NCBI GenBank assembly: GCA_965226795.1
Contig: CBDDDZ010000005.1
Location: 512,001-576,000 of the forward strand
Origin: Candidatus Latescibacterota bacterium
GTDB taxonomy: Bacteria; Latescibacterota; UBA2968; GCA-2709665
Length of the DNA: 64,000 nucleotides
Reading direction: 5' to 3'
Position 1 is the stretch's first letter; every line of letters begins with the position of its first letter. The notes beneath the pieces were generated by a model. It ran no database searches. It saw only the letters and a program-made list of their open reading frames with translations, and was not told the DNA's origin. Made by a program: the position numbers and the translations under genes. Below, in pieces: positions 19,000-29,252 of the stretch.

Positions 19000-19619
19000 G
19001 CCTGGACCTTGCCCAAGTATTACGTCGGGCTTCCGCCAACGCATATTTCACACGAAGCCACAAAGACACGAAGGGAGACCCGAAACCTGTAACTTTCGTA
19101 CTTTGCGATACGTCCCGGATGCGGGTTGCCCTGACCCCGATCTGCCTCACGAACGAATTAACCGCGCCCTGGACATTTTAGAGTCACCCTAGCCTCGGCG
19201 TGAAGAGATAATGCTTCGAGATTGGTTCAAGTCAGTCTAATACGGGGGAGTATCGCTCGCTAGGTACTTGATCGACCGAATACTTGAAACCGGTCTCGAA
19301 CCTGCCTCGCCCACGGCGCCGCTTCCGCCGATCCAACTGAAGGATATTGAACTTCTATGCTGGATTGGCATTGAGCCGGAGGACGACGAGGAAAAATGTG
19401 TGAGCTCCTAGGGCCTCACGCTTCGTGATTTCCTATAGAGACCGTTCTATTTCATGCGGTATGTTTTTCCGTTCCAGAACATTACGCTAAGTTAAGGAGA
19501 ACATCCCCTATGGCCGACGAATGGAGCGCGGAAGCCGCCGGAGCATTACTTGGAGCATTTCGTCAGCATGTCCTGCTCCGTCCGGAGCGATCGATCAAGT
19601 TTGGAGTCGACCACACCCG

Positions 19620-21173
19620 ATGAACGTCGAGGACCGTCTGCTGCTGTCCGGCCGCAACCTCCTCGGCAGTCTGTCGCGCGACGACGGCTACCTGCCGTAC
19701 TGGCACATGGCCGTCGACGGGGAGCTGGGCGCCATGTACCAGTTTCGGCCATACTGCACCGGCCACAACGTCGGACGCTGGTGGAACACAATGCTGCGGC
19801 TCGAGCGCGCAGCCGGCTTCGAGGTCCCCGTGGAGATGGAAGCGGCGATGCTGGAGAACAGCCGGCGCCTGTCCAACAACGCCAGCGGCATCTTCCTCGA
19901 GGACGTCGACCCCCGGGACCCGGCGACCTGGTACATCCACTCCTACCGCGAGACCATGCTGTCCGTCGGACTGCTTGTCGAATGCCGCGGCAGCGGCCGC
20001 GCCGCCGAGTGGGGCAACCGGGCGATCGAGGGGATGAGCCGCGCCAGCCGGGACCTGATGGAGTGGAGGTTCTCGTTCGACGGCGGACCTGTGCGGGCAA
20101 AGCACGGCAACAGCGCCGCCCCGGCCTACACCCACGGCCGCGCCATCGAGGGCCTGCTCTGTTTCCACGCGGCCACCCGCGAGCCGGCCGCCCTCGAGGA
20201 AGCGGAGCGCCTGGCCGATTTCCACTTCGGACACCTGGTGAACGCAGACGGCAGCCTCGCCGGGGGCTGCGGCCACCACACCCACTCGTACCTAAACACC
20301 CTCCGCGGCCTGCTGATGCTGGCGGTGCTCCAGGGTTCGCGCGAACGCCAGGAGCTGATATACAAGACCTACCGGGAGGCCGTATCCGGGATGATCACTC
20401 GCTCAGGGTTCGTCACCCACGACATCGGCGACCGCTATGGCGGCGACATCGCCTCGGCGGGAGACATCGCCCACATCGCCCTGTTGCTATGGGACCTGTT
20501 CGCCGACCCCGGACTGCTCGACGATGCCGAGCGCATCGCGCGGGCCCGGCTGTTCCCGGCGCAGGTGCGGGAACCGGTTCCGATCCGGCCTGCCGAAGCA
20601 GCCGGCTCCCGCGACTGCTACCGCGACCTCCCCAACCGTTTCGTGGGAGCCATCGGCGGCTTGGTAGGCCACGTCAGCGGCCAGACCTGCGTCACCGATT
20701 TCACCGCCGCTGCCCTGCACAGCCTTATCGAGCTCTGGACCCGGACCGTCGACGTCGAGGGAGAGATCGTCCGCGTCAACTTCCACTTCGACCGCGAGCT
20801 GCCGGAGGTGGGGGTGCAGGCGGAGCGCGACGAAAACGGGGGCCGGGTCACCGTGGTCAACCGAACCGGAAAGGAGCTGCGGCTGCGTTTCCCGGGCTGG
20901 GCCGATGAGGGGACCTGCTCGGTGACCGTCGACGGGCGGCCTTTCGAGGCAACGGTGGAGAACGGGTTCGTGGTGGTGGCGCAGGGTGAAGGGGCTACGA
21001 CCAGCGAGCTGCGCTTCGCTGTTCCCGAGTACGAGGAGGAGGAGCTGTCGCGGGACAAGTCCGCCGAAGAGGAGACGGTGACCTTTCGCTGGCGCGGCGA
21101 CGAGATCGCCGACGTCAGCAGCGGCGGGCCCTACATGGAGCCGCATCCGGCATTGTGCCAGTCGCTGCTGTAG
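19620..21173 (+). CDS. Hypothetical protein, possibly six-hairpin glycosidase / GH127-like
   Basis: Long ORF with strong GC3 bias; C-terminal LRLRFPGWA..VTVDG..NGFV beta-sandwich-like motif. Confidence 0.6.
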   Translation: MNVEDRLLLSGRNLLGSLSRDDGYLPYWHMAVDGELGAMYQFRPYCTGHNVGRWWNTMLRLERAAGFEVPVEMEAAMLENSRRLSNNASGIFLEDVDPRDPATWYIHSYRETMLSVGLLVECRGSGRAAEWGNRAIEGMSRASRDLMEWRFSFDGGPVRAKHGNSAAPAYTHGRAIEGLLCFHAATREPAALEEAERLADFHFGHLVNADGSLAGGCGHHTHSYLNTLRGLLMLAVLQGSRERQELIYKTYREAVSGMITRSGFVTHDIGDRYGGDIASAGDIAHIALLLWDLFADPGLLDDAERIARARLFPAQVREPVPIRPAEAAGSRDCYRDLPNRFVGAIGGLVGHVSGQTCVTDFTAAALHSLIELWTRTVDVEGEIVRVNFHFDRELPEVGVQAERDENGGRVTVVNRTGKELRLRFPGWADEGTCSVTVDGRPFEATVENGFVVVAQGEGATTSELRFAVPEYEEEELSRDKSAEEETVTFRWRGDEIADVSSGGPYMEPHPALCQSLL

Positions 21174-21489
21174 GGAGGTTGCCGGGGGCCTGGTGCCGCC
21201 TGGCGGATTGGTTCGCCCGATAGAAGGGTGATCGGCAGGCGGAAGGGTGTCCCGAAGCCAGCCTCTCCCGCTGAGTGAGCTCAAGGCAGCGTCGCTTACC
21301 TGGGAACGCGGTTCGGAAAGCAAATAGGCGGGAAGTGGTCCTGGAGGGGCCGCGGATTCGTCCCTCCCTTTCGCCGAACCAGTCGCCACACCGGGGGACC
21401 GCGACTCACTCCAGGCAGTTGAACATCGTCGTGATGCCCCGAACATCCCGGGAAAGCGCAACAGCTCCGGGTCCTGAGCGCGGGCTGGA

Positions 21490-21746
21490 CGTCGACGCAT
21501 CCCGACCGGGCGGTGGTAATTTGGAGAGAACTGGCGGAGCAGCTGATCGCCCGGGTAAAGCCGAGGGGATACCAGGAGGCCGTTCCCTATCTGCGCCAGG
21601 TCAGAGATGTACTCATCCGGTCAGGTCGCGAGGGGGAATGGGAAGAGTACCTGGCCGCCTTGAGACAGCAGAACAAGCGCAGGCCCCGATGCCTGGAGGA
21701 ACTGGATCGGCTGGAGGGTGGTCGCCGGCGGATTGTCGACGGATAA
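21490..21746 (+). repeat. 257-bp direct repeat, copy 2 (stranded SWIM 3' end)
   Basis: Encodes the same IWRELAEQLIARVKPRGY...RRRIVDG; stop is TAA rather than TGA. Confidence 0.95.
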
Positions 21747-21805
21747 GCCAGGTCTGCCGGGTCGATAATCCGGTATCGAAGAAAACGGAAAAACGGAGGT
21801 GAACC

Positions 21806-22594
21806 ATGGATCTGAATCTGAAGGGAAAAATCGCGCTTGTGACCGGCGCGAATCGCGGAATCGGTCTCGCAACGGCAATCGGTCTGGCCACGGAAGGGTG
21901 CGACATTGCCATCTGCGCAAGGCGTGAGGAGACGCTCGCAGAGGCGTCCGAGCAGATTGGAGCGCTCGGTGTCCGGGTTGCCGCCATTCAGGCCGACGTG
22001 CAGAATCCTGACGACGCTGAGCGGTTTGTGCACGAAGCGGCCGCGCAACTCGGCGGGATCGATATTCTGATCAACAACGTGGGCGGCCGATCCGGCGACA
22101 GGCTGATGGATTCGACGGATGAAGATTGGGTGGAGACCTTCGACAAGAACGTGTTTCAGGGAGTTCGATTGACGCGCCTCGTGGTCCCTCATATGCGGGC
22201 GCGCGGCGGGGGGTCGGTGGTGTTCATTTCCTCCATCTCGGGATGGATACCGCAGTTGAGCGGCGCGGTGCAGTACGGCGCGTCCAAGGCCGCTCAAATC
22301 TTCATGGCCGAACCCATAGCGCTTGAACTGGTGCATGACCGGATCCGGGTGAACGTGGTATCGCCGGGATCGATTATCTTTGAAGGAGGCGGGTGGGATG
22401 GGTTGCGGCAAGAAAAACCGGAGGCGTTCGCCGCTTACGAGAAGAACGGATTTCCCATGGGCGGACTCGGCTCGCCCGAAGACGTCGCGGACGTGGTCGT
22501 GTTTCTGGCTTCGGACCGCGCCCGCTGGGTGAATGGCGAAAACATCCGGGCCGACGGCCTTGAGCAGCCTGTTCCGGTGGCACGTCCCTGGTAA
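21806..22594 (+). CDS. SDR family oxidoreductase
   Basis: TGANRGIG, NNVG, YGASK. Confidence 0.93.
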   Translation: MDLNLKGKIALVTGANRGIGLATAIGLATEGCDIAICARREETLAEASEQIGALGVRVAAIQADVQNPDDAERFVHEAAAQLGGIDILINNVGGRSGDRLMDSTDEDWVETFDKNVFQGVRLTRLVVPHMRARGGGSVVFISSISGWIPQLSGAVQYGASKAAQIFMAEPIALELVHDRIRVNVVSPGSIIFEGGGWDGLRQEKPEAFAAYEKNGFPMGGLGSPEDVADVVVFLASDRARWVNGENIRADGLEQPVPVARPW

Positions 22595-22754
22595 TCGCGA
22601 AGCGGTAGGGGTAAAACGCCCACGAGCGGAGGAAGAACCACCGTGCGTGGTTGAAACTGCGAGTCGACGGCCCGCAACAGGCGTATTCCCATCGTCTGAA
22701 AAGGGGGCGCCATGGGTCGCGTCAGGACACCGGAAACATAGAGGACGTAGCGGG

Positions 22755-23414
22755 ATGAGGGGCTTGAACGAAGATCTGAATACGAGGCGGTCGCGGACGC
22801 GGGAGATTATCAAAAAACTGAACGGCATTTACCCCGGCGTCGAGTGTTCGCTGACCTATGGGAATCCGCTTCAGTTGTTAATCGCCACGATTCTTTCGGC
22901 GCAGTGTACGGACGAACGGGTCAATATGGTGACGCCCGGCCTTTTCGAGCGGTGTCCGACGGCCGCGGATTTTGCCGACGCGCCGCTGGAGGAATTGGAA
23001 GACCTGATCCGTTCGACGGGGTTCTTTCGCAACAAAGCGCGAAACATCCAGGGCTGCTGCCAGGCGCTGGTCGATATCCACGGCGGCGAGGTACCGCGTT
23101 CCATGGATGAACTGGTGGCGTTGGACGGCGTTGGAAGAAAGACAGCCAATGTCGTTCTGGGCAACGCGTTCGGCATCGCCGCAGGCGTAGTGGTGGATAC
23201 GCACGTGCGCCGGATTTCCAATCGATTGGGTCTGACCCGGCGCCAGGACCCGGTCAAAATCGAGCAGGATCTGATCGCGCTGGTACCGAGGAAAGACTGG
23301 GTGGATTTTCCGCATCTGTTCATTCATCACGGACGGGCGATATGCAGCGCCAGGAAGCCGGATTGTGAGGGCTGCGGCGTGGGCGCGCTGTGCCCGTCAC
23401 AAGGAAGGGCTTGA
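22755..23414 (+). CDS. nth: Endonuclease III
   Basis: LSAQCTDERVN, HhH GVGRKTANVV, VDTHV, Cx6Cx2Cx5C Fe-S cluster motif. Confidence 0.95.
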   Translation: MRGLNEDLNTRRSRTREIIKKLNGIYPGVECSLTYGNPLQLLIATILSAQCTDERVNMVTPGLFERCPTAADFADAPLEELEDLIRSTGFFRNKARNIQGCCQALVDIHGGEVPRSMDELVALDGVGRKTANVVLGNAFGIAAGVVVDTHVRRISNRLGLTRRQDPVKIEQDLIALVPRKDWVDFPHLFIHHGRAICSARKPDCEGCGVGALCPSQGRA

Positions 23415-23728
23415 CAATTTCCCTTCGCGAAATTTCCATTACAGGCACATGTTGCGCGATCAAAATCGGATAGCTCCCCGGTGTTTTTGTGGGCGGTGAA
23501 TTTTCTGCAAATTTTTAAAAATTGGGTCTTGACTTTCGACATTCGGAACGATAAATTTTGTCCGAAAAATTCGACCCGTACGGTTTGGATCGGATCCGGT
23601 TCCGATGAGAAAAGTTGCGGCGATTCGGGTGCAACTTCGGTAGAACTGTAGCAACATCGTTACGGATTGTCGATATCGGGTGCAGTTTACGGGAATCACA
23701 TGTGGCGCCGGGGAGGCAAAAAGTGAAC

Positions 23729-24163
23729 ATGACTAAGAAACTGACTCCTGAAAGGCTGGCGTTTTACAGGAAGCTGCTGCTGGATAGAAAAAAAGACCTG
23801 CTGAAGCACACCCTCCTGGAAGATGCAGACATCAACGAACTGAGGAGAGACCACTCCGCGGATCCGTTCGATATGGCCGGCAACGCGACTTCGCTGGAGT
23901 TGATGGCGGCGCTGGGAAATAACGAAAGGCGGGAGCTTGCAGAGATTGATCATGCCCTGGGCAAGATCGAAAATGGCACGTACGGTATCTGCGAGGTGTC
24001 CGGGGAGTTGATCGGCGAACTCCGGCTGGAAGCCATCCCCACGGCGCGGTATACCATGCAGGTTCAGCAGGAACGGGAACGGAATCCTCAAATCATCGAC
24101 CGTCCAAAGCGGAGAGTAATTTCCGCCGAGGACCTGCCGATGAGCAGCGACGACGATTCATAA
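23729..24163 (+). CDS. DksA/TraR family protein with degenerate C4 zinc finger
   Basis: DPFDMA (DxxDxA); IDHALGKIENGTYGICEVSGELI..RLEAIPTARYT. Confidence 0.85.
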   Translation: MTKKLTPERLAFYRKLLLDRKKDLLKHTLLEDADINELRRDHSADPFDMAGNATSLELMAALGNNERRELAEIDHALGKIENGTYGICEVSGELIGELRLEAIPTARYTMQVQQERERNPQIIDRPKRRVISAEDLPMSSDDDS

Positions 24164-24182
24164 GGCGGGGCGAAATGAAATC

Positions 24183-24218
24183 AAAAAAGGGCGATTCGGG
24201 ATCGGGTCGCCTTTTTTT
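24183..24218 (+). terminator. Rho-independent terminator (bidirectional-looking)
   Basis: AAAAAAGGGCGATTCG-GGAT-CGGGTCGCCTTTTTTT. Confidence 0.85.
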
Positions 24219-24309
24219 GTGGCAGGTACCATTAAGGGTGGTAGCATCCCGGCAACGTTGCGCACGCATTAAACGCCACCACGATTAACTTCAACTCAGG
24301 TTGACATCC

Positions 24310-25272
24310 ATGTCTTACACCAGGCAAATCGTGCGTCAACTGGACATACTCAGAGAGCTCATGTCGCGGACTTATGGAGCGACAATCCAGGATCTCGTAG
24401 GAAAATTCGGGGTAACACGGCGGACAATAGAGCGAGATCTTGACAACCTGGGCGACGCTGGCTTCACGATATATCCGGAAAAGCAGGGGCGCCAGAACCA
24501 GTGGAAACTCATTCACGACAAGGAGATGCCGCCCCTGAACTTCCCTGTAGGCGAACTCATCACCCTGACCTATATCGGCGGCATCCTGGAAGGAACACCA
24601 TTCAAAGACGAGTTTCAGAAAACCCTGAACAGGATCCGGACCACGCTGCCGGATAAGATGCGCGCATTCCTGGAACAGGCGGCCTATCATCCGCATATTC
24701 GAGGGCAGAAGGCGCAGGTCTCCCCGCAGGTATTCGCAATGGCGCATCGCGCAATCACGGAACGACGAATTTGCAACGTAACCTACCGCGCGATCACCAC
24801 CGGACAAAGCAAGACGTATTCGATCATACCTTTCAGGTTCTTGTACCATTATGATGGTGTATATCTGCTTTGCCGCAATCCGAACTATGACAATTTGCTG
24901 ACCCTGGCAGCGGAGCGGATCCAGGAACTCGAGGTCACATCCCAGTCTTTCGAGGATTCCATCGATTCCAATGTTGAAGAGCAACTTCACCAGGCCTTCG
25001 GTGTAGTACTTGAATCTCCCATGGCGGTTCAAGTTCGCTTCTCGGCATCCCAGGCACCTTATATCAAACAACGGATATGGCATCCCTCACAGGAGATCAA
25101 GGAATTGGATGATGGCGCCATTGTCCTTTCTTTCCGAGCCGGCGGGATGTACGAAATCAAGTCGTGGATTCTGAGCCATGGCGCAAGCGCCGAAGTCCTG
25201 GCGCCAGCGTCCCTGCGGGAGGAAATAATCGAAGAAATCGAGAAAAACCTGAGTTCGTATAAAAAAACCTGA
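24310..25272 (+). CDS. WYL-domain transcriptional regulator (wHTH-WYL-WCX)
   Basis: FGVTRRTIERDLDNL HTH; IIPFRFLYHYDGVYL...LAAERI WYL core; WHPSQ...EIKSWILSHGASAEVLAPASLRE WCX. Confidence 0.93.
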   Translation: MSYTRQIVRQLDILRELMSRTYGATIQDLVGKFGVTRRTIERDLDNLGDAGFTIYPEKQGRQNQWKLIHDKEMPPLNFPVGELITLTYIGGILEGTPFKDEFQKTLNRIRTTLPDKMRAFLEQAAYHPHIRGQKAQVSPQVFAMAHRAITERRICNVTYRAITTGQSKTYSIIPFRFLYHYDGVYLLCRNPNYDNLLTLAAERIQELEVTSQSFEDSIDSNVEEQLHQAFGVVLESPMAVQVRFSASQAPYIKQRIWHPSQEIKELDDGAIVLSFRAGGMYEIKSWILSHGASAEVLAPASLREEIIEEIEKNLSSYKKT

Positions 25273-25276
25273 CTAC

Positions 25277-25297
25277 ATACGACTTAGTTCGTCGTAT
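25277..25297. promoter_or_regulatory. Perfect palindrome ATACGAC-N7-GTCGTAT, putative WYL-regulator operator
   Basis: ATACGAC TTAGTTC GTCGTAT lies between the WYL stop and the ATPase start; possible -10 TACTTT at 25306-25311. Confidence 0.75.
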
Positions 25298-25415
25298 ATG
25301 CTGTTTACTTTGTGGCGTGTTCAATTGAGAACGCGCCTTTTTCCTGTACCGCTCCCCCGGTACGCGCGGAGAGGACTCACGTCGAGGTTCGTTGAAGTTT
25401 AAACACCGGGAGAAA

Positions 25416-28211
25416 ATGCAGACCATGCGCAGACGCGATTTGCTCGGTTTGTTTTCTGATAGTGGGTGTATGTCGCCGACGAAGGATTTCAGCCTCCACC
25501 TTGCGCGCACCTATCTGCTGAACGTTCTGCGTGCCGCACAGCTCAACAGGACCATTCGGACAGGGCTTTTGAAATGGATGGCGGGTAATGAGGACCGGCT
25601 CAAGTCGCTCGGCGTTCATCGCCTTCGGCGTAAGGTAGACACTCCAAAAGGCAACCTTCGATTCATCGAGCATGCGGTTCAGTGCCTTGAGCGTAAGACC
25701 CGCCGCCCACCGCCGCGCTCCCCCGACGCAGAGGCCACGTACCTGGTCGTCCAGCGTTTCTCGCTTGGTCCTGCGGCTGCAGGGTTGCTTGAATTCGTAC
25801 ACAGTTGCAAATACAACGACTTCCTTCGCACCATTTTGCACAATATCGAGTTCCGATGCTCAAATCCTGCGGAGCAATTGGCACTCTGTCTTAATCGTCC
25901 TCGCCGCGACGTAGAAGTCGGACTGCGGGAACTCGCCGAATCCGGCATCGCAGATTGTAAGACCGTCGCTCGGTTGGACGAATATAACACTGCCGACGAC
26001 CTCGTCCACGACAGGTTTTGGGAAGTGTGGCATCCGCCTGTGAGAGACATGGACGAGTTGACGGCGCGATTGGTTGGCGAACCCTGGGCTGCCCGGTTGC
26101 GCCTCGACGACTTTGCGCACCTCTTGGAACGCGACGATATTCGGCGCACGTTGAACGCAGCAAAGCGCGAGCGTTGCGCCGGCGCGCCGGCACCTGGTGT
26201 CAACATCCTGCTGGTGGGCAGGGCTGGCACTGGAAAAACCGAATTCGCCAAAACCATCGCGGAATCGTGTGGCATGACGCTCTTCTCTGTTGGCACAGAC
26301 GAGATTGATGACGAGGAATCCTGCAATACCGCCCACGACCGGCGCTCGGATTACCGCAATGAGTTGCGGATGGCGCAGACACTGCTTCGATCTATGCCGG
26401 AGGCCGCAATTCTGTGCGACGAGGCCGAGGACGCGCTGGAGTCCAGCAGCGGTTCACGCCTCGCCAATCACCGGCTGATTGAGGAAAATCCCGTACCGGT
26501 GATTTACACCGCAAACAGTCTGAAAGACCTGGACGAGAGCATGCTGCGGCGATTCACCCACGTCGTCAGATTCACGGCCCACGGCCCGAAGCGCCAGACC
26601 GCCATTTTGAGGCGAATGCTCGCCGAGAGTGGCATCGAGGGTATCGACGCCTCCGCGTGCGCCAGACGACTCGTGGACGAACTCGAGTGTACACCGGGCA
26701 TCCTCGCAAAGGCCATCGAAACGACCCGCCTCGTCAGTGGCGCGGAAGACGATCTCTACCGCTATTGCGAAGGCCTCGAACGTACCATCGCCACGCAATA
26801 CGCCCGACCGAGGCTGGGACCGCCGGTCCGAGGCGAACTCCCGTGGGAGGCGTTTTCACATCTCGAAAAGGACGCCGCAGACGTCAGGGAAACCCTCGTT
26901 TCAGTCAAGGACAGCGAGAAGAAGGGGATCAACATCCTCCTGTACGGACCGCCGGGAACCGGCAAGACCGAATTTGCCCGCACCCTGTGCGCTGACGTTG
27001 GCGCGCGACTCTATGCCGTTGGCGATAACGAGGTGGGACCCCAGTCGCGGATTTCCGTATCGCGTACGGAAGCATTGGACTTTGCACTCGAAGCCCTCGC
27101 TAACGAACGTGGCGCAGTGGTCTTCTTCGACGAAATGGAGGACTTCGACCGCGTGGAGAAACATTGGCTTAATCGGGTCCTCGAAGAGAATCCTGTGCCG
27201 ATCATCTGGGCGTGTAACTCCATTGACTACTACCGGATGTTTCAGCCGTTTTTCATCGACCGGATAATGCACGCGATCGAGTTTCGCCACATGTCCGTCG
27301 GGGCGAGGAGGCGCGTGTTCACAGGTATTCTTAGCAAGAAGCAAATTCCGGAGGCCGAAGCGTGCAGACTTGCCGTGGATCTGGCGCACGACCGGAAAGT
27401 GACGCCGAGGCAGGTGGCCATGGCTGCCGGTCAAGCGGGAATGGTCAGCGGAAATGCGGAGACCATACGGCGCAACATCGCACAGAAGGCGAAACTGCGC
27501 CACGGGATTCGCTTGCCGGAAATCAGACCGATCGCGTAGTACGACCCGGCCCTTGTATGCGCCGACGTGAATCTGGAGGATTTGACCGACCGGATTGTCT
27601 CCTTGGCCGCCCGCCGATTCGCGCTGTGCCTCTACGGGCCCCCTGGAACCGGCAAGACGGCTTACGTGGGCTACATTGCCGAACGGATGGGGATGGATAT
27701 CCTGCCTAAAAGGGCTTCCGATCTCCTGAGTCCCTGGGTTGGACAAACCGAGCAGAAAATGGCAGCGGCTTTTGCCGAAGCGCTCGAGACCGGCTCGTTC
27801 CTGGTATTCGACGAGGTCGATTCCCTCCTGATGGACCGGCAATATGCCGTTCGCTCGTGGGAAACGAGCATGGTCAACGAATTGCTCAGCCAGATGGAGC
27901 GGCACCCACTTCCTTTCGCGTGTACCACCAACCGGTGGGAGGCGCTCGACCCGGCGGCAACTCGGCGTTTCCTGTTTCGCGTTGAGTTCTTCTTTATGGA
28001 TCGGCCACGAATCGAACGGGCATTCAGGTTCTTCTATGGTTGCGAAGCGCCGCAGGAGACACTCGCATTGGACAAACTCACGCCAGCGGATTTCGCAAAC
28101 GTGCGCGAACGTGCGAAGATCCTGAATTTTCTCAAGGACCCCGAACGTATCGGCCGTGCACTCGCCGAGGAGTGCCGCGCAAAGCCGGGCGGCGGGCAAC
28201 TCGGGTTCTGA
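25416..28211 (+). pseudogene. AAA+ ATPase with three AAA modules, interrupted by in-frame TAG at 27537-27539 (or a split/readthrough gene)
   Basis: Walker A GRAGTGKT, GPPGTGKT, GPPGTGKT; Walker B ILCDE, VFFDE, LVFDE; ORFs 25392-27539 and 27567-28211 share a frame with open sequence between. Confidence 0.85.
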
Positions 28212-28284
28212 AGGAGCGGTGCTGACAGGCTAGGTCCCGCGGAACGCCGAAATCAGATCCAAACGCACAAAGGAGGTTGACGAG

Positions 28285-28914
28285 ATGTTCTTGTCGAAGT
28301 GGTTGGTATCGTTGTTGGCATTGAGTATCCTGACGAATCCGATATATGCAGAGGAACCAGAAAGAATCTCAAAGCTGTCAAACAGCCTCGAACTCGTATT
28401 GGGTGGAGGAACTCACAAATACGCCGAAGAGATCGACCCTCATCCCGGCATGGCTTCACTTGGAACATCACTCTTCGGATACCACGCGACGGATCGTTCC
28501 ATGATAGGCTTTCGATACTCGCTAAGTCAATACACGACCCAAAGGGTTGTTTCGATCACCGGACCTTCTGGCGATACCTTGTCACTTTCGTCCGGAGAGA
28601 AGGAAAGCTGGAAGGTATTTTCAGCCCTCGTTCTATACAGGCGATCCTTCAGAATCCGGAAACCTGTCCAACCGTATTTCGATATCGGACTCGGCGCCGC
28701 AAGCAACTACGCCGGATATGAAGGAGGAAGAAAATTCGCCAGTGCGATTGCGGTTGGCGCGAATTGGAGATTCACGAGCCACTGGGTCGTCGCGATTGAA
28801 GCGCGAGGCATTGCAATAAACACGTCGCTGCAAGGACATACGGCAGGGCCGGTTCCCGACGGGCCACTTACCGTCGTGGAGTCGACGCTGGGAATCGGTT
28901 GGACCCTGAAATAG
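28285..28914 (+). CDS. Exported outer-membrane beta-barrel-like protein
   Basis: AAGGAGG RBS, signal peptide, alternating beta pattern (QPYFDIGLG), C-terminal LGIGWTLK. Confidence 0.7.
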   Translation: MFLSKWLVSLLALSILTNPIYAEEPERISKLSNSLELVLGGGTHKYAEEIDPHPGMASLGTSLFGYHATDRSMIGFRYSLSQYTTQRVVSITGPSGDTLSLSSGEKESWKVFSALVLYRRSFRIRKPVQPYFDIGLGAASNYAGYEGGRKFASAIAVGANWRFTSHWVVAIEARGIAINTSLQGHTAGPVPDGPLTVVESTLGIGWTLK

Positions 28915-29097
28915 TGTTCCGTCCCAGAAACATGTCACCATTCATCCGCCGATTCATCCCGTCTCGCTGCGTTGCCATCGCTCGCCGACCTTGCGCAGGT
29001 CGCCTCGCTCAGACGCCGGTTCCTGAGCCTGTCGAAGGATGCCAGCCGGGCGACTCGTCGACCGAATTTCGGCAATCTATTTCCGGGACAGAACACT
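28913..29097. mobile_element. MITE family B, copy 1, carrying a 22-bp insert at about 29018-29039
   Basis: TIRs AGTGTTCCGTCCCAGAAA / TTTCCGGGACAGAACACT; homologous to 36256-36419. Confidence 0.85.
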
Positions 29098-29252
29098 GGC
29101 CGGATAGTGGAACGAAAAAATCGCCTGCGAAACGATTTGAGATTTTCTGGTGTGAAATTAGGGTGATTGCCGAGCGGATCGTGAGAACTGGCCGAACGAG
29201 TAGAACGTAAATCGATAATCCGTCCTTCGAACATAAAAACGGGAGATTTAAC

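Noticed and set aside
19546..21500. Long overlapping ORFs (452 aa and 337 aa) and similar shadow ORFs elsewhere
   Set aside because: Arg/Pro/Ala-rich alternative frames of high-GC3 genes
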